Assembly (NCBI GenBank): GCA_012295275.1
Contig: CM022671.1
Location: forward strand, 31,682,001-31,746,000
Source: Chrysomallon squamiferum
Taxonomy: Eukaryota; Animalia; Mollusca
Reading direction: 5' to 3'
DNA length: 64,000 nt
Shown here: piece by piece, positions 53,534-64,000 of the stretch
Numbering within the stretch: the stretch's first letter is position 1
Layout of the letters: every line of letters begins with the position of its first letter
Made by a program: the position numbers and the translations under genes
Notes under the pieces: generated by a model
Databases searched by the model: none
The model's input: only the letters and a program-made list of their open reading frames with translations
Told to the model about the DNA's origin: nothing

Positions 53534-56500
53534 GCAGGGGTTATTTATCAAAAAGGATGGTGCAGTGATAGACAGTCAGTTATAACTATAAGACATGAGA
53601 AAGAACAAATTCATCCTTGTTTTATGGTTTTGTTTCAGGTGATATTTCAGTCTAAGTGATCAGAAAGAAATAGAGAGTCCCACAATTTTTTTAGAAAACC
53701 TCCTGATACAGATTCTCTATCTTATATTTATTCATTTGTACCATTTTTTCAGCTGTGCGTGATCTAATTTTAAACTCAGAGTTCACAGGAACAAGGTTTT
53801 AAAGTCCTGCTACAGGTGGTCCAGTTTTTTCATAATTAATTCAGACTGTTTGTTTAGAATGATTATATAATGGCCAGTAATGTAAAATCAGAATGTTTGT
53901 GACAGCAACATACAGTCTTTGTTAAATATTATATAATCATTTTCTACAAACATGTAAGTTCCCCAACCCATAAAACATCATTAGGTCACTTGAACGTAAC
54001 CCACATTATATCAGGTAACCAGAACATAAACCTACATTACACTGATATCTCCTTTTTGTAACGGAAGGCCTTAGCCTTAGAACATGACTGGTATTTATAG
54101 CACCATCAAACATACTTTAGCCATATGCCAACTGGCTTCTGTAATGACCAAGAAGTGATGTTGGGAAGATTGTTCTGATGTAATTATAATTGGTTCAGGG
54201 TCCAAAGAGTTACTGTGCCTTTCTTCAAGAAATCCTCACTTTTTTATATATTTTTGTTATTTCTGATCATGTTAATGTTGATGGGAAAACGTTTAAATTT
54301 TTTTTTAAAGTTCTGAATTTTTAAAATTCCACAATATCTGATTATTCTCTTTGTCTTTTTTTTTTTTTTTTTTTTAAATATTTTAATTGTTTAGAAATAA
54401 GCATAAAAAATGTTAATATTGCTTAAATGTTTTTAATTTTTTTACCATTTTGACTTGAACATTTGGGAAAGTGGCTTTTTATTATTTTTTATTTTCCCAG
54501 TTAATTTACATATTTTTTATATATTATTAAAATCTCCAGATAGGTTTAAAATACTAATATGTAAATGTATCATCTAAATACTCATCATCATCCTTCATAT
54601 TGCTGTTAACAGAAGTGTTGAGATTTCATTTATTCAAATAATAACTTCTTTTACCAAGCCAAAGAGGGAATGTGAATTTATATTGCCTTTTACAAATATG
54701 AGAATAACTTTTTGTTATTTATGTTGTTCTTTTTTTTCTTTGCTAAGTGCTATGTATAAATGATTTCTCTATTAATAAGAACATGGTAAAGTTATTTTAT
54801 TTTTAAAATTTGTAGTTAATGTTTGTTACTATTGTTGTTATTTATTAATTTTTTTTTCTGAAAATGATGTATTTTTAAAATTATTTATATAGTTTTTTAT
54901 GTCACATTTTTTTTATTCACAAAGGTTTTTTTTTTTATTAATGTTAGTGTTTTTGAATTTTATTTCATTATTTTTAAATTAAAATACATTTTAGAATATA
55001 GTTGGTTTTAGTGCTTCAATATTTCTGAACTGTTTGTAACATGCAAATTTTACAACATATACTTTTTTCAAAAGAAATTTATAAATTTTTAGCTTCATTC
55101 ATGTGTAATCATATTAAAATTTTATCTGATGTTATAAAGCTCTATAATGTAAGACAATATCTTTAAATTGCCAAATTGAATTTTATTAAAAAAAAAATTG
55201 TTGCAGTCATGTATAAACTGATATTTTAAGACATATTTCATGTTATGTGTATTAAAATATATATATATATATATATATATAGCTATATATTTTGAAGATA
55301 TTCCTTTCTTATGGCATTCTTAAATTATTTTTTTCATTTTAATATCATTATGTCTACATGTTTTTTACATCTCTCTCATAACAGGGCAGTTTATTTCAAT
55401 GCTGGGAATTTTCAATAGAATATTCCAGATCTTTTATTTTTATTAAATATATTGTCAAACTAGTTACATTTGTCTTTTCTTTATAATTTACTTTTGTTGT
55501 ATGGTGAAAGAATGGAGATGTGACTGACTGCTTAATTTGGTGATTTTCCCATTCTGTATTATTATATCAATTTCCATTGTGGTAGGTAAAAATGTGCATA
55601 AGACTGACATGATTAGATATGTGTTTTATTTTTAGCATCAACAGCTGTGTTATATTATTTTACAGAACAATTTTGAAACGATTCAGAAATATTTCTCTAT
55701 TAATGATATATATCTCAACACTATTTCAATTTTGATACAAAAAGAAAATTGTTTATATTTATTCTTAAAACCTTTTCTCAAAACATGATTCATTTAAATA
55801 CATCAACAACAACAACACAAAACTGGCACATTTATCAATTTTTATAAAAGGAATGGAATAGTAATTTGAAACTTCATATCTCATTTTAATCACTGTCCCA
55901 ATAAAGTAAATTATAAAATATTATAAAATATTATAAAATGCTATTAAATTTGTATAAAATAAATTTTCAAGATACTGAATTTAAAAAAAACAAAATTATT
56001 TTAATTTTCAATAATGTGAAAAAAAACAGGCTAGAAATATTTCACATACTTTCAAGTAGGTTGTAAATGTGTTGTTTTTATTTCTTACAAATATTTGTAA
56101 ACATCCATCAGAGTATTAGAAACAGTTGTCATTGCACATACATAATAATCTAAATTATGTTGCTTAATAATTCATAATTTTGGTTGCAAATATTTTTGTA
56201 AATTCAAAAATGGCTGAATGAAATACATTACAAAATATTTATGTTTTTTTTAATAAATTGTTATTAAAATAATATATAAATATTTGTGATTTAAAAAAAA
56301 ATAATCATAATAAAACAGTCAAGTTCCTAAACATAACATGCTGTCTCTAAATTATGAAATGCACATGAAAGAAAAAGCAAATTAAGGCACACCTCAAAAT
56401 TAGCATTATCATCTGCCTGAATGAAAAATTAAAGCTAATAAAAACAATATTATTATAAATATTATTTTAATAATGTTAGGATGAGATTTCATTTCAAAAC

Positions 56501-57487
56501 AGATATATAAATAAACAAGATACTACAGTAATTTTTCTACGATTACATATGTTCCATAAATCTGAATAATGTGAGAAAATGTTTCATATATTTTATTTCC
56601 ATTATCATTCACAAGAGATTTGTCAAGTATTCCATCTATTTATCTATGTATGTGTCAGGAACTATAGTAGATATTCTGAACATGTTGCATGATTAAAATA
56701 ATTTGGAAGTCAAACTTTTTAACGAGTGACCATGGAAATAATCAAATATATTATGATAAAAGCACTTTTACATGATTTAAATTCTCAACTGTAAAAAGAT
56801 ATTGTAAATTAAAAAAGGTAATACACACCACCAAACTGTTGATCACAATTTTTAGAACCTGCACCAAACTCTTCTGGTTTGCCATCTATTACAAGCTCAT
56901 AAATGGAGTATATTATTTACATATAATAATATTTTTAAAAGTAAAATATCTTACAGTCTATAAGTATATTTATCATCATAATATTTAAAATACAATAAAA
57001 CTAATAATCTCTACTATTATTTATATCATGATTAACAAAAACACAAGTAGAAAAGGTTAAAAGTAAAGTAAACACTATAAATGGTTTTTTAATTAATTGT
57101 AAAAAAGATAAAGAACATGATCTGTCAGCAACTTATTAGAAGCCTGAAAAAAAAGAAAAAAGCATAGAAGTATCTTAAGTAGGATAAGCATATATCGAAC
57201 AAAAAAAAAATAAAATAAATAACAATAAAATTAAACATAAAAAGCTCCCCCAAAATCTTGATTACATTATTCTATTTGTAATACAACCACAGAATGACTT
57301 TAAATACAGATGTTTGTAACAAAATGTAATTCACAAAAACGTGCACCCAGAAGAATTCATTCTGTATAGAAAATGAAGGCATAAATGCATCAAAAATCAT
57401 TACATAAAAGAACAACAATATTCAACAAATGCAATTAAAAAATATGCCACAGTCAGTTTAGCAGAACCTCCTGTACCAGCATCAGTT

Positions 57488-63778
<6,291 letters not shown>

Positions 63779-64000
63779 CTATATAAAAAAGATTTTAATT
63801 TTACATTTATGAGTATTAATTATTTTCTGTACTGCTCAGCTACTGAACAGCTTATGTTTTTTAAGTTAAGCACTGTGTATAAAATAGATCTGTGTTCTCA
63901 TGTATTTATTGTATAAGTCATTTTATTCCTTTATTATTTTAAGGAAAAAACATAACAAAAAAACCTACAAAATAAAAAAAAGAACTAAAATTAAAAATTA

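Overview
Very AT-rich, microsatellite-dense, intron-rich animal DNA. It is most likely a mollusc: degenerate SINE-like repeats resemble, from memory, those of deep-sea peltospirid gastropods, so this is an inference. There are no prokaryotic features or CRISPR arrays, and most entries in the ORF track are simple-repeat artefacts. Genes reconstructed by hand from splice sites: (1) the 5' part of a MEST-like alpha/beta hydrolase (-), missed by the ORF track; (2) a single-coding-exon hillarin-type LIM protein lacking the transglutaminase-like domain (-); (3) the ER-phagy receptor TEX264 (+, 4 exons); (4) a stum/SPEC3-family membrane protein (-); (5) a multiply frameshifted SRCR-EGF-ZP-furin-TM (DMBT1/uromodulin-like) pseudogene (-), almost invisible in the ORF track; (6) a signal peptide-VWA-mucin stalk-TM protein ending in a PDZ-binding motif (+); (7, 8) two tail-to-tail copine paralogues. 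The minus-strand copine lacks one intron found in its partner and carries a ~300-aa annexin-A11-like PPYP/Gly-rich low-complexity tail. Two MITEs with TIRs and TSDs lie just upstream of the plus-strand copine, and there are several minisatellites.
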